Positions 41,031 through 54,806 of a stretch of 64,000 nucleotides of DNA are shown here, piece after piece. The stretch is from Octopus sinensis (Eukaryota): contig NC_043019.1 of the NCBI RefSeq assembly GCF_006345805.1, positions 23,745,360 to 23,809,359 on the forward strand, in the 5' to 3' direction. The first letter of the stretch is position 1. Every line of letters begins with the position of its first letter. The notes under the pieces were generated by a model that was given only the letters and a program-made list of their open reading frames with translations, was not told where the DNA came from and did no database searches. The position numbers and the translations under genes are program-made.

Positions 41031-41079
41031 TTGTATATATATATATATATATATGTAATATATATATATTTGTATTATA

Positions 41080-41126
<47 letters not shown>

Positions 41127-41190
41127 ATATATGTATATATATGTATATATTATATATATATTTGTATATATTATATGTTATATATATATG

Positions 41191-41221
<31 letters not shown>

Positions 41222-41334
41222 GTATATGTAGTATATATGTATATATATATGTAATATATATATATATTTGTATATATATATGTTTATATATCTATATCTA
41301 TATATATACATATATTTATATATACATATATTTG

Positions 41335-41368
<34 letters not shown>

Positions 41369-41433
41369 TGTATATATATATGTTTATATATCTATATCTA
41401 TATATATACATATATTATATATACATATATTTG

Positions 41434-41464
<31 letters not shown>

Positions 41465-42096
41465 TGATATATATATATGTTATATATATATATATGTATT
41501 ATATATGTATATGTATGTATATATATGTATATATATATGTATATATATATATATATTTTATATATATATATATGTATATATATTTGTATATATATATATA
41601 TATATGTATGTATATATTTATATATATATATATAATGTATGTATATATTATATATATATACATATATATAATACATATACTATATATAATGCACATATAT
41701 ATAATGTATATATATATATAGTGTATATATATATAATACATATATATATAATGTATATTATATATGTATGTATATATTTTATATAATATACATATATATA
41801 CATATACATATATATAATGCACATATATATAATGTATATATATATATAGTGTATATATATATAATACATATATATATAATGTTATATATATATGTATAAT
41901 GCACATATATATATATATATATATAATGTATATATATAGTTTATATATATATTATAATACATTATATATAATGTATATATATAATATGTATAATGCATAT
42001 ATATATATAAAATATATAATATATAAGGTATATATATGTATATATTCATTATAAATATGTATAAAGTATTATTATATAATATGTATAAATATAAAC

Positions 42097-42127
<31 letters not shown>

Positions 42128-42136
42128 TGTATAATG

Positions 42137-42168
<32 letters not shown>

Positions 42169-42445
42169 ATATATTATATATATATATATATATATTGTAA
42201 TATATATCATATATAATATATGCATATTATAGTATATATATATATAATATATATCTGTATGTATAGATATATATCTATGTTATATGTGATGTATATATAA
42301 TATCTATGTATATGTATGTATATATATATATCTATATGTTATATGTATGTATATATATATATCTATATGTTATATATATGTATATATATATATGTATGTA
42401 TATATATATATATATATCTATATGTTATATATATATATGTATATT
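40362..42445. repeat. About 2.1-kb degenerate (TA)n array
   Basis: Seen directly; it is contiguous with the LINE 3' tail. Confidence 0.97.
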
Positions 42446-42448
42446 TGT

Positions 42449-43345
42449 AGTTTCAGCTCAGACCTGTGGCCATGCTAGGGCACTGCTGTTTTACTACACT
42501 GTTATTATTGAGAGCCTCCTGTAATATGTGGCATTTGGTCAAGAAGGAACTTTGATGTCGCTACCCTTATTTGCACCTTTTGTCGCGAAGTAGGTTCATC
42601 TGGAGCTCTCGACATGAAGAGGTCCAATTTTGATTTGAAAACCCTTACATCCACTTTGTTTGGGTCCCTCAGGCTGTTGGCCCCTGAAACTGAGGCTGTT
42701 GCAGTAACTGGTCCTGAAGCGCGATGGCATTTCTGGGAACTTTGGCACTGTGTAGTATCAACCCGTTCTGGCATTTGTGTAGCTTTCAATGCCAAAATTT
42801 GGCTCAATTCCTTCTAGGATCTTCCAGATGTATATTACTGCATGCCTCTCCCGCTTAGCTGTTTCAGCCTTTCCCAGTAGCTGAGTAGTTGCAATGAGAT
42901 GATCTTCTTTGTGAAGCTTCGCTGGATTGCTTCAACGTCCGCTGTTAATCTTATACTGGTGGGTGTCCATAGCTGGGAGTAGTAATCCAGGTAGCTGAGG
43001 ACAAATGTCCTCCAGAGGACCATCATGGTTTCCTTCTCTGGTTCTGAACGTTCTCAGGATCCATCCAGCCAGTTGCCTGCACTTTGTCGCCATCCTGGTA
43101 ATGTGTACTTGGAAAGAGGTATCATTACTCATGTCGATACCCAGGCCCCTCTATGATTTAGACTCTGGGATTGTAATCCCCTGTGAACCAGTGTAGCGCT
43201 GAGCTTGAAATTTTCCTGCATTAAACTGCATATCATTATCTTCAGCCCATCTGTAAATTGAGTCCAACTCCTGCTGCAGGTGGGCAACATCGCTAGGGTT
43301 CTGTATTTTCTGCGAAACTTTCGTATCGTCTGCATAGGACGCAAA
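42449..43345 (-). mobile_element. 5'-truncated CR1/L2-like LINE: RT C-terminus plus 3' tail, with frameshifts
   Basis: YADD at 43336-43325 followed by TKVSQKIQNPSDVAHLQQELDSIYRWAEDNDMQFNAGKF, then LAGWILRTFRTR, LDYYSQLW, IQRSFTKKI, YWERLK and FKSKLDLF..PDEP, all typical CR1/L2 RT thumb and C-terminal motifs. Confidence 0.9.
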
Positions 43346-44116
43346 TCCCAGTTCAATCCCAGACCTTGACATGCTGATTAAATTCTGCTTGTTTTTTGTA
43401 TAAAATTAGTACAAATCGAACATTCTATAGATTGACTTAATGGGGCGAAGTGCATAGAGAAGGCGGTTTCGGCCTCAGATATTCGTATGAGTGCATAATT
43501 GTCATTATAAGAAGATTCCTTTATAGTTGAATTGGATTGTGGCAAGGTGTCAGCTTTGTCTTTTATTCTGCTATTGAAAATCTAGTCTCGAATTCACTAT
43601 TAGTATTTAAAACTAGGCTGGTGTAAGAGATCCTTGCCACTGTCAACATTATCGTTGTTGTCACTGATCTTTTTGTCGTTTCCAGCGACCGAGTTTTGCT
43701 GTGTCCGACAGCAGCAACACCATCGCAATAGACAACCGTTATCACAATTACAAACACAATCATAGACTCACACAAAACTCGTGTATTGCATATATCAACT
43801 GGAAGTTACTATTGGTGATGTCTTTTTAATGAGAATTACACACACACAGACGCGCGCGCAAACGCTCTCGTAATGCTATCGTATGATAGTAACGATAAAG
43901 AACTTGTCACGCTATTTCTCAACATCTGTTTATACTTAATAAGAACTACATTCCATTCTCAATACCCCCAAATCGTTTGATTAGGAATAAATAGATGGAT
44001 AAATAAAGAACATAAATAAATTAGGAACTAAACATTTCCATTCAATTTACAGCAGACTGTTGACGGAATAATGACGTGATGTTAATAAAAAGAAATAGTC
44101 ACGTGACGGATTATTG

Positions 44117-44330
44117 CTAGCGATATTGATGAAATGTTGGTGGTGGTAACTCTCCTGTTATTGACACCAGCTTCACGCAGTGAGTCCTAACAAGTACAAA
44201 ACCACAATATTTGTGGAGAGGACAGTTGATTGAATCAATCTGTTGTGAAATCCGGAACCTATTATTATATCGATCCCTCAAAACAATAAAAGCAAAGTCG
44301 TCCGCGTAGTGATTTGAAATTAAGGCGTCG
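44117..44330 (-). pseudogene. Possible highly decayed LINE RT remnant
   Basis: HYADDFAF (YADD at 44308-44297) followed by a ..KYCG...LPPPT segment loosely similar to RTE-clade RTs. Confidence 0.35.
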
Positions 44331-45565
44331 AAGGATGTCATACCCTTAGTCATGGCTCACAACTTTAGATGAAGCGGGATCAGTCGATGAGATTGATTCC
44401 AGTACTAGACTGGTACTTTATCTATCGATTCCGAAAAAATGGAAGACAAAGATGATCACGGTGTTGTTTGAACTCAGAACAAAATGAGTCAGAAAAAATA
44501 CCGCTCAGCATTCTGTCCGCTCGCATCCTTGCCATAAATTTGTTTTTCTAATGGTTTCAAATTTTGGTACAAGGCCAACAGTTTGATAGAATAATGATGA
44601 TGATTTCTCCCCAGGTACCAAACCATAATTTTTGAAAATTTATCGATTCTACAAATTCACCATTATTCTACTCCTAGTAATAATTTCTGATATAAGATCA
44701 CTTAATTTGGGGAAGTTAAAAAGATCGATTTTATTGACCCTAGTTTTTCACTGATAATTTATTTTATCAAAATGTTTGCAACATTTAGTTACAGCTCCTT
44801 ACGTTCGGAGTTCAGATCCTGCTCAGTTCAACCTTATCATTCATCCTAACGTAGTTGATAATATAATGTACCAATCAAGTAGAGGACTAGATTTAGTATT
44901 CCCATGAAGCAACCTAAATATGAATCGAATCATGACAGAAGATCTTGAGGTAGCTGGAAAAGTAACAGTTGACTACTGTGGAATTTGAACTCAGAACGTA
45001 AAGGTATGAAGCGCATTTCGTCTATCGCTTTACCACTTGTTATTTCACTGTCCTATGCCGCTATGGTATTAGCACCGTGTAACAATTTTTATTCTTGTCT
45101 TTGGTCAGTAAGTGTTATTTCTTATTTACTTCTATCCAGAAATCAAAGGAAAGGACCACTATTCTTTTCAAACTGTGCTTTTATGACCTAAACATCAATG
45201 TTTTGAAAATGGCCAATTTTCCATTGTATTTCAGACTGATTCAGCGATGAGTTGTTGAAGCAGAAATATCAATTATAGCAAATATTCTGTTCAAAACCAC
45301 AGATTTGCTTGTCAATTGCTTGACCATAATCACTTGAGCATAACCCTTGGTAGCTGACAATATGTGCATCTCTGACCATGAGTAGCAGTAGGTGGGGAGC
45401 ATCATAGCCAAAGAGGGATTCTTTGGGGGTTTAAATAAATGTTACAAAAGCAAAGTTTGAAGGAGATATTAACCATTTTTCTAGAGGTAAACGAATAGGA
45501 AATAACAGTTGCTACCCAAGGACAAAAATCGTTGTTTTACAGTGTAATAATAATAATAATAATAA

Positions 45566-46538
45566 TTTCTGATCAAGACACAAGTCCCATAATTTTGAGG
45601 AGAGAGGATAAATCGCTACCACCAACCCCGAAGACAGAAGTTGTGAGGGAAAGTGGAAAGTCGATTACATCGACTTAATACTTGGCTGGTACTTTATTTT
45701 ATCGAACTCCAAAAGGATGAAAAGGTGGGATTTGAGCTCGGAACGTAAGGAGCTGGCAGAATGGCTGCAAAGCATATTTTTTTTTTATGCTCCAACAATT
45801 CTGCCAGCTCGCTGCCTTTCGAGAATTATTAAACATTTTGGCGCTGGGACAGTAATTTTCAGGAAGAGGAAATTAGTCGATTACATCAATCTCAATCGAC
45901 CTTGAAAGGATGAAGGCAAATTGACGACATCGACAGAATTTCAGCTGGGAACGTAAAGAATCGAAATGAATACCACAAGGCATTTATTCCGACGCTTTGA
46001 CGATTCTTCTCATCCATCATCCTTGATAATAAGGATAATAATCATTTCTATTGTAGGCACAAGGCCTGAAATTTGTAGGGAGGGGACTAGTCGATTACAT
46101 CGACCCCAGTGTTTCACTGGTACTTAATTTATCGACCCCGAAAAGATGAAAGGCAAAGTTGACCTTGGCAGAATCTGAACTCAGAACGTGGCGACGAGCG
46201 AAATGTTGCTAAGCATTTCGTCCAGCGTGCTAACGACTCTGCCAGTTTGCTGCCATTTTAAAATACAACAACAGCATTAGTATACACATTGCTGTGACAG
46301 TTATCATGTAAAAATGCCCATAATGCTTTCTACTGTAGGAGCAAGTCCTGAAATTTGGAGGCAGGGGGACTAGTAAATTACATCGACCCCAGTGTTTCAC
46401 TGGTACTTAATTTATCGACCCAGAAAGGATGAAAGGCAAAGTCGACGTCGGCGGAATTTGACTCAGAACATGAAGACGGACGAAATGCCGCTAAGCATTT
46501 CGTCCGGCGTGCTAACGATTCTGCCAGCTGGCCGCCTT
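45566..46538 (-). mobile_element. Cluster of four co-oriented family-A SINEs (about 45566-45818, 45840-46024, 46043-46256, 46324-46538)
   Basis: Repeated core and head blocks. The first two copies are degenerate and the last two well preserved. Confidence 0.8.
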
Positions 46539-48394
46539 TATGATACTAATACTAATATCAATAAAAAGGATAATAACGATGATGACGACTACGAGAACTA
46601 CGATGTTTTTCTTTTTCTTTTCATTTGCTAAAACGTGACAAGAATTTATTTGAAACGGGATGTTCCTCTAGATTTATGAGTATTGAGATTTCACAACGTT
46701 CATTCTTTTCCTGAAGAAATTAGTGGTGTAAATGAGATACGTTCCACTGGGAATCAGTGATTGAAATGAAGAATCAATTTACTAATGCCTTTGCGTGTAA
46801 TGAAAGAAAATAAAATGTCCATAGAATGATTGTTGTGCATGAGATATAGTGAATTGCTTTCCACCAGAAATTAAAACCAGCGCCCTGAGACCGATCTCTT
46901 ATACTACAGAATTGGCAACAGTTGGTGGAAGAGAAATAGCTTCTATTTTATTTGACACTTACCATCTCCTCTCTATAAAATAAGGAATCCTATCATTGGC
47001 ACTAGAAAAAGTCTATAACAGATTATTAATGAAACGAATCGATCTCACTATGAGCGGTATTCATTTTGTCTAAACGAAAATTCCAGATATTGAACCAGTA
47101 CTCTTTCGTAGCAGCTGCAAGACCACCATCCTCATCTCTTTTAATATGATAAAGTTTTTTTTTACACAGGCGCAAGGCACATACTGTTACGGTGACGATA
47201 TAGTCAAAGATATCGATCCCAGGACATATTTTAGGCCGAAAAACAAAGTCAACTTCAACAGAATTTGAACCTAGAATGTAGAAAAACTTAACTCTAAATA
47301 TTGCAAGATATTTTTGTCCAACGCCCAACCATTTTTCCTCTCTATAAAATATGTAAAAAAACAAGTATAAGAGTAAATTAACACTTCAGAATTTGATTTA
47401 TTTCAAGTTTTTTGTTAAGATTTTCGTCTTAACTTTTAATTTTTTCTTGAAACCTTTTTTTTTTTTTTTTTTTTTTTTTACATATTTGCATTCTTTCCAT
47501 TAATTCTTTTATTTCAATTAATTATTCTCCTTCAGTTACTTTTCTAAACTGTTTACACCATTCTTTCAGCTTGTTTTTTTTTCTTTTCTCCTCTTTTATT
47601 CCATCTTTCTTCTTTTGTTATATATATATTTTATTTTCTAGTTTCTTTCGCCTCTATGTCTTTATTTCATTTCCTTCCATTTTCTCCTTTTTTTTTCAAA
47701 CTTCTTTTTCCCATATTTTTTCCCTTTCATCAAATTTCCCCCGTTCCTTTTAATTTTATCTCTATTTTTGTGTCTCTTTTCTTTCTCTCTTCTCCACCCT
47801 TCTATTTTCTTTATATCATTCTTTTACTTCTTTTATTTTTAAAACTTGTTATTCTTTCATTATCTCGTATCTCGGCCTGTTTCTTTATTACATAATGTTA
47901 CTTTCTATACAATATCACAGATGGCAACATTAAATCCACTAAAGCATGTATAATTAGAGAGAATGACGAAAAGAGTTATATAATCTGAATTTTTTGGAAT
48001 ATTTTACTGTTTTTCTTGATATTATTTGAGAGAAAAGGAATCCCCAACTCCTCAGGGGGAAAAAAAACTAAATAAAAAATACACACACAACTTATGAAAT
48101 GGGCACCAAATATATCAATGACAATACTCACAAACTACTGCAATATATATCAATAATTATTGATTTCTTTTGTTTTCATATCAAACCCTATTCTTTCAAA
48201 GGGTTTGTGCAGTCCATTAACTCGATTCCAACATTTGACTGGTGCATATTTTGTCGACTCTCAAATGCTTGAAAAGCAGAGCCAACCTCATTAAATTTTT
48301 AGCTCAAAACTCAGGCAGGCAAAATTAGATTTTATAAAGGCAGTTAGTCTATTGATCTACCGTTTCTATAGATGTGTCACATTACCTATTATAA

Positions 48395-48608
48395 TCCTTT
48401 CTACTATAGGCACAAGGCCTGAAATTTTGGGGAAGAGACTAGTCAATTACATCGACCCCAGTGTTTCACTGGTACTTAATTTATCGACCCCGAAAGAATG
48501 AAAGGCAAAGTTGACCTCGGTGGAATTTGAACTCAGAACGTAAAGACGGACGAAATATCGCCAAGCATTTTGCCCGGTGTGCTAACGATTCTGTCAGCTC
48601 ACCGCCAT
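48395..48608 (-). mobile_element. Family-A SINE, full length
   Basis: 14-bp TSD ATTACCTATTATAA at 48381-48394 and 48609-48622. Confidence 0.92.
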
Positions 48609-48939
48609 ATTACCTATTATAAATAACAACTACAACAATATCTTTGGTACAAGGTCACACATTTTAAAAGTAGGTTATAACCGATTAATTACTGTTTCAC
48701 TCATTGTTGCAATATTGCAGATTTGTAGAGAAGTTATCATTGATTAAATCAACCGCAGTATCTAACACAAACATTGAAAAAAATGAAAGTGGAATTGACT
48801 TAGGCAGAATTTGAACTCAGAACATAAACACCCGTCAATAAATACTGGATGGTATTTTGTCTGACGTCCTTATTCTACCTATCCACTCCGTCAGATATTA
48901 AAAATAATTATAATTATTATTCATATTAATAATAATTTT

Positions 48940-49191
48940 GGATCTATTCCATCTCAATCACAGATTTTTTAATTAATTTTTTTTAACAGTTTGAAACTTG
49001 GAATACTGGTAGAATAACTCACGTTGAACACGGTTTACTCTGAACGTTTTTGACCATATTTCGTATTTTAGAAGTTATTTCGTGTTAAAGTTGTCGCATT
49101 TGGGTAATTTCAGCCAATCAACGACGTGTATTCGGTTGAAGAAAGCTACTACTGTTTGCGATATTAATAGAAGAGGAACAACTTCCGGATC
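48940..49191. mobile_element. Truncated relative of the GGATC MITE family
   Basis: Starts GGATCTATTCCATCTCAAT (the same 19-mer occurs at about 7562) and shares AAACTT..ATACTGGTAGAAT and ATTTCA.CCAATCA..GACGT blocks with the 54807 copy. Confidence 0.55.
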
Positions 49192-49555
49192 ATGCTCGTA
49201 GACCCACTCACTCACTCACATAAATGTGTCGCAATTATAGTTACAGAATCTACAAAACTTCTGTCACATATGCATAGCCTAATCGATTTGTAAAGTGCCT
49301 CTAAAGTATACAAATCAAGTGATTTACTCACAAACACTTTATAATTACTGAGAATGACTTATTCTTGAAACTACTATAACAATTTTGAACACTATATAAA
49401 AGAGAACCAAGAAAGTAGCTTCTACGGTCTGCTAAATATAGTTTGCAAAGCACATTCTACTGGCGTTACAACGGATTACCAGATTCGATAAGATAGTTCG
49501 AGATAGATTTTTATCGTATAAAAATTATGATGGTCACGGTTACCACGCCTTTGAT

Positions 49556-49764
49556 TACGAGAGGGTGTTTAAAAGTTCCTTGCTTGGGACAAAAGAAAAT
49601 ACAGGGTGGTCATTTAATCATGATTTTATTCAACATAATCATCTCTCAGGTTCACACACTTATTGCAGCGGTCCTTCAGTTTTTCGAAGCCCTGTAAAAG
49701 ATCCCGGGAGTTTGGGTCTTCAACCAGGCCTTTTACGACACTCTTAAAGCCAAGAACTTTTCAA
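49556..49764 (-). mobile_element. Mariner-derived MITE / terminal fragment
   Basis: TA-CGAGAGGGTGTTTAAAAGTTCCTTGCTT terminus with a partial inverted copy (AAAGCCAAGAACTTTTCA). The minus strand encodes the mariner C-terminal peptide GFEKLKDRCNKCVNLRDDYVE*. Confidence 0.75.
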
Positions 49765-49849
49765 GTCACATAAAAAGAAAAAGTATTAAGCCAAGGGAAA
49801 ATGTCCTCTCATTTTAGGTAACAGAAATGCCAGAGAAATGTTATTTTGG

Positions 49850-49894
<45 letters not shown>

Positions 49895-49916
49895 GCCGCT
49901 GCTGCTGCTTCTGCTG

Positions 49917-49968
<52 letters not shown>
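49850..49968. repeat. (TAC)n trinucleotide array with a GCT interruption
   Basis: Seen directly. Confidence 0.95.
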
Positions 49969-49970
<2 letters not shown>

Positions 49971-50170
49971 TTCATGCTATATAAAACATATGTACGTTCT
50001 AGATAATGTTTTCACATTATATAACTATAATGAAATTATGGGATTCCACAGACTCCACTTCCGGTTGTTATCGCAATTTACTTTCATTTTGTTTTTGTAG
50101 GAGACTAAACTGCTAGTTAACAGAGTTTATCTCAAACAATATCATTTATCATATGCTTCCATTTTTAATG

Positions 50171-50394
50171 ACAGTAGTGTGATTTGAGAGAAAATTGGCT
50201 GCTATTTCTAACAGGTAGATCAAGCATCATTTTAATTGACTGGGCAAATAAGAACAATGACTTCTTTGTCTTGGGCGACACCATGTATTACTGGTATTTA
50301 ACGTGAGAAGATAGGTACCAGTAATAGATCTCTCTGTGATCACCCGACTGTTAGAAATAACAGCTAAATCTCCCTCCTATCACATTCCTACTGT
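50171..50394. repeat. Degenerate inverted repeat (MITE-like)
   Basis: GAGAGAAAATTGGCTGCTATTTCTAACAG (50186-50214) pairs with CTGTTAGAAATAACAGCTAAATCTCCCTC (50348-50376). Confidence 0.55.
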
Positions 50395-51562
50395 ATGGAC
50401 AATGTGTCTGAAGACAAGGTGGGGGTGGTCATAGAAAAGCTTTTGATCATAGGTTTGTTCGATGGAAATTGACCTGGGACTGAAAGTCAACAACTAGAGC
50501 TCATATTCTCAAGGTTCAATGATTATAAACCAATGTAACCAGTGCACGTTGAGAGTAGGAATTTTACCTTAAAATCTTTGTGTTTTCAATGCATGGAACT
50601 GAATGTCAGAAAACTGTATTGGTTTCTGACAATAAAGTTGTTCCTGTGCTTCTACCATCACACCCATCTTTTAAAAGGATAGCTCATACATACATGAAAC
50701 AACAGGGTCATGCCATTCAAGAATGTATTAGCAGCCTAAGTGAAGCAGGTCTAATTAGGAATTGAAATCCGATCAAAAATTCTGCAGATAGCTTACCGCT
50801 ACGGAATGTTGCAATTTAACCCAACGAAACAAAATAGGGCGTAGGGGGATATTAGAATGACGATTTATAGGAAGAGATAAGAGTTATGTAATGCTCAGAC
50901 TTTTCTCTAGGTCATTTGGGCCGGATGTAATAGAAAAAAGTATATAACCGGCAATAAAAACTGAATTATATATTTATTAAGTTCATTGACATCTAAACTG
51001 TTCCTCCACTATACGGTAGGGGAAAGGTCAAATCGGCAAGAATGTCTTATTGGTAATCGCAAATTGATCTAAAAAATAAGAAAAAGAATTATTTCTCATA
51101 AATACGTAACAATTTGCCAGATAGAAAAATTGTCTTTTTGTGAAAAAAACAAAAAACAAAGCAAAACAAACAAAAAAACTGATTGGAAGGAAATGGTAAA
51201 AAGTGTAGATCACAGAAGTAAATAACCATACAAATGATTGTTTTATAACTACAAAGTGATGAAATGTTTAATCAATCTTTGGAGATTTGTATGAATTATT
51301 TAAGAGAGATGTAATGAAGCAGCTCTGCTGTCTGTACCATCTGTTGGTGGACGTGGATGGAAACCAACTCAACTGAGTGATTCAGCAGACTGAAATAATT
51401 TATCTTTTAAAGGTTTAAAGCAATAAAATAGAGATTACTAGGATTTGAGAACTTCAGCTTAGAGTGTAAAATATTTGCTGGATAGTTCATAATCTATTCG
51501 CCGCATCAAATGTTAATAGCACAAGTAAAATGCCTGCCCTCAAATTTGAACAGAGATGAATG

Positions 51563-51768
51563 TATGTCATTATAAGAGACATAAATACCATTTTTAAATC
51601 CCTCTAAAAATACGTGTCTATCAATTGCTTGTCACGGCTCTATCATATACGCATTACTATTAAGAATAGTAATGCCTATAAGATAGAGCCGTGTGACAAG
51701 CAACTTATAGACACATATGCTCAGAGGGATTTTAAAGTGGTGTTTATGAGTTGAGTAAGTATGACATA
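51563..51768. repeat. About 200-bp imperfect palindrome (foldback)
   Basis: Arms GCATTACTATT/AATAGTAATGC, GGCTCTATC/GATAGAGCC, TGCTTGTCAC/GTGACAAGCA, AAATCCCTCT/AGAGGGATTT and TATGTCAT/ATGACATA around a 3-nt loop at 51662-51664. Confidence 0.85.
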
Positions 51769-52149
51769 AATTCCATAAAGAACAGTAGAGAAAGCCGATG
51801 TCTTAAAGTGTTGATTTTTTGACAGAGTGCTATGAAGACTTCCGTTTGGAGCCATTTTCTCTTAAGGTAGTTGTAATTGCTCCTGTGTCTAGCTCCAAAG
51901 GCACAGATGCCATTCAATGTGTGGAAACGTAAACCTTGAAGTCAACCTGGAGAAAACTAAAAATGATTCGATTTTGTTTTGGCTGATGTACAGTCACCGG
52001 AGTGGAGGAGGGTGACTGTACATCTGTTTTAGAAAATGATTACATTACAACTGAAAAAAAAAAAAAAGAAAACGGAGCCTTGTTTGTAGAATAATTTTTT
52101 TTAACCCAAATTGTTTTGATTATATAAGAGATAATAGAATGGATGGGGT

Positions 52150-52340
52150 TCGGAAGAATCATTGGAGCGTCGAACAAAAAGGATTTTTTTCTGGATCTAC
52201 ATTCTGAGTTCAAATTCCATCGACATCAGCTTTGTCATTCACCTTTGGGTAAAATAGAGTAGCACTAAAGTATCAGGATCGATGGTATCGACTAACCCCT
52301 TTCCTTCAAAACTGTTGCCCTTGTGCCTAAATCAGAATTA
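52150..52340 (+). mobile_element. Diverged family-A-like SINE
   Basis: CTGAGTTCAAATTCC B-box and a degenerate core and tail. Confidence 0.55.
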
Positions 52341-53842
52341 TTTATTTAGGAAGAAAATCTTTTGTCTTTAGCTTACTGAACTATCTAATTGTACGTGGGA
52401 ACCGTCATCGTAGGCCGGTAGTGGTTAAAGCCATTGTGTCAAAGAATTTTCTATAAGTAGTTCAAAGGAAATTTTACTGTTTCAAAGGATAAATCTTTTA
52501 TTTTCACTCAATGAACTTCCTTCCTTTCTTCCTTCCTTCCTTCGAAATGAATCCGATATTTCTATTTTGCAAGTGGAAAAAAATACGTTGAAATGAATCT
52601 GTGTGTTTTCGTGGCGAAGACTAAGTTCTTTGATCAAGGTTTAATGTAACGAGAAATTATTCCTCTTGGTGAAAAGGCGAGGTTTAATAGACTCTTCATA
52701 CACAAAGAAATCGGCTATTTTCCTAACAAAATAAATAAATATAATGAATATATCGACTTTGACATAGATATGACAACTAATTATCTCTCCTTGCAATATT
52801 CATTTCAAATTACTTTACATTTGGTTAACATTTCCAACCGCATTTCATTGTGTCGTTTATTAATCAAGCTTTTCTAACATTGACAGAAGCCCAGATAGTT
52901 TTAAAACAGGGTATTGCTGATCTAATGGACTTTAATACGCGACTATTTTGTCGAAAACGAAAGGATTAAACGCAAAGTCCACTTCTAAATATCCCAAACT
53001 TGATGGATGACTTTTCTGTCAGTCTACCGGATCTTAAATATAGTCGAGCAAAAGGAAAGCTTTTACTCGGTCAATCGGCCTTCTAAAATAGCGGCTAAAT
53101 CTCATTTAAATTCACCCTTCCTTCTTGACAATGGCTGAATATACGGGATATCTCAGTACTGGATGTAGTTTGTCAGAAAATAAGACGAGATGGTTACGGT
53201 TAGAAAGCCGGTTGGACAGTAAAGGTGTGATGTAGAAAACCAAAGCACTTGTGAAGAAACAAAAAAAAAAAAAAACGTAAATGAATCCGATTCATTTGCT
53301 TCAAACAAGAAATATAATACATTGAAAGGTCAATACAACAGAACAATATACAAGGCCAATGCAAGGCCCCTGAAAATAGAGCTGACCTGAATAAACAACA
53401 TCAACCTTATGGAAAATTCATTAAAAAGAATTACGCACACAGATCACTCATTTAAGAACCAGAGAAAGCATAAACATCAACTTTCTGTTTCATATGGATC
53501 TGACGTACAGCGGAATTACCCCCTCCACTATATATAGAAGTATTGTCCAAACTATACCGCCATATTTAAATAAAGGAGGTGAAGTAGCCTTTGTCATGCA
53601 GGATAGTTAAACGTTTTGATTCGAGATATTAATATATTAAACCGGACATACAAAATATCGTCTGCGTGCTTGCCTAGGGACAAATATAATCTAAATAATT
53701 TCAATAGCAGACCGAGTGGTCATTGCCACATCACTCCTACAAACCACTGGCTGAAAACATCCAGCTGCGTCACACAGTAGTAAAAAGCTCGAAGCTAGAG
53801 CACCAAAATAGCCGCAGACAATTAAGTGAAATTAGTAACAGG

Positions 53843-53904
<62 letters not shown>

Positions 53905-54283
53905 ATGTGTGTGTGTGTTATGTTCAGTTCAGGAAAGGCGAACATTTTCCGGAAAAGAATATTTAATAGCCCACAAAATCCTATCAAATATTTCACCATA
54001 CTGTATGTCTGAAGAACTTTGTTGTGTTAAATTAACGATACGAGATTTGATACCACTTTTCAACCTTTGAGCAGTGGCAACTGTACGGGAGGATTATAAA
54101 TGTATCACACGTTTAAAAGCTTCTGCTGGAAAAAACAAAACAAAACAAACTCATCAGGAGTTAGAATGAAATTACAGGTGTTAATTACATTTAGACGCTT
54201 TGAAAACATACCAGACATGTTTATGACATGAAGGAGGGAAAGCTCGAGATAAAACAAACAGTGCATAATATATTAGAATTGAT

Positions 54284-54500
54284 AAGGCGGAGAGCTGGCA
54301 GAATGGTTAGCACGCCGGGCAAAATGCTCGGCAGTATTTCGTCCGTCTTTATGTTCTGAGTTCAAATTCCGTCGAGGTCGACTTTGACTTTCATCCTTTC
54401 GGAGGTTGAAAAATTAAGTACCAGTTGAAATCTGGAGTCGATGTAACCGACTTACCACCCTCCCACTCCAAATTACTGGCCTTGTGCCAATATATTAGAA
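54284..54500 (+). mobile_element. Family-A SINE, full length
   Basis: AAGGCGGAGAGCTGGCAGAATGGTTAGCACGCCGGGC head, B-box, core and tail. Confidence 0.9.
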
Positions 54501-54529
54501 CTGGTATTTATACTTAGTATAGACGTGCA

Positions 54530-54574
<45 letters not shown>

Positions 54575-54806
54575 GGATGTGTACACGTGCGCGCGCACAT
54601 ACACTCACATGCAGGCCGAGTGGGAAAGATGAGTGGGAGAGCGTGACTGATAGAGTTACTCGAATGTTGATGATGAGTATTTTCCTATTCACTTGTTTAT
54701 TATTTCATTTGAAGAGAACTATAACAACACAACTGCTTACTTTAGAAGAGAATACTGAGATGTCTTGCTGAAAAGTTAAGCGTCGGGTCTAATGTTTTAG
54801 GATACC

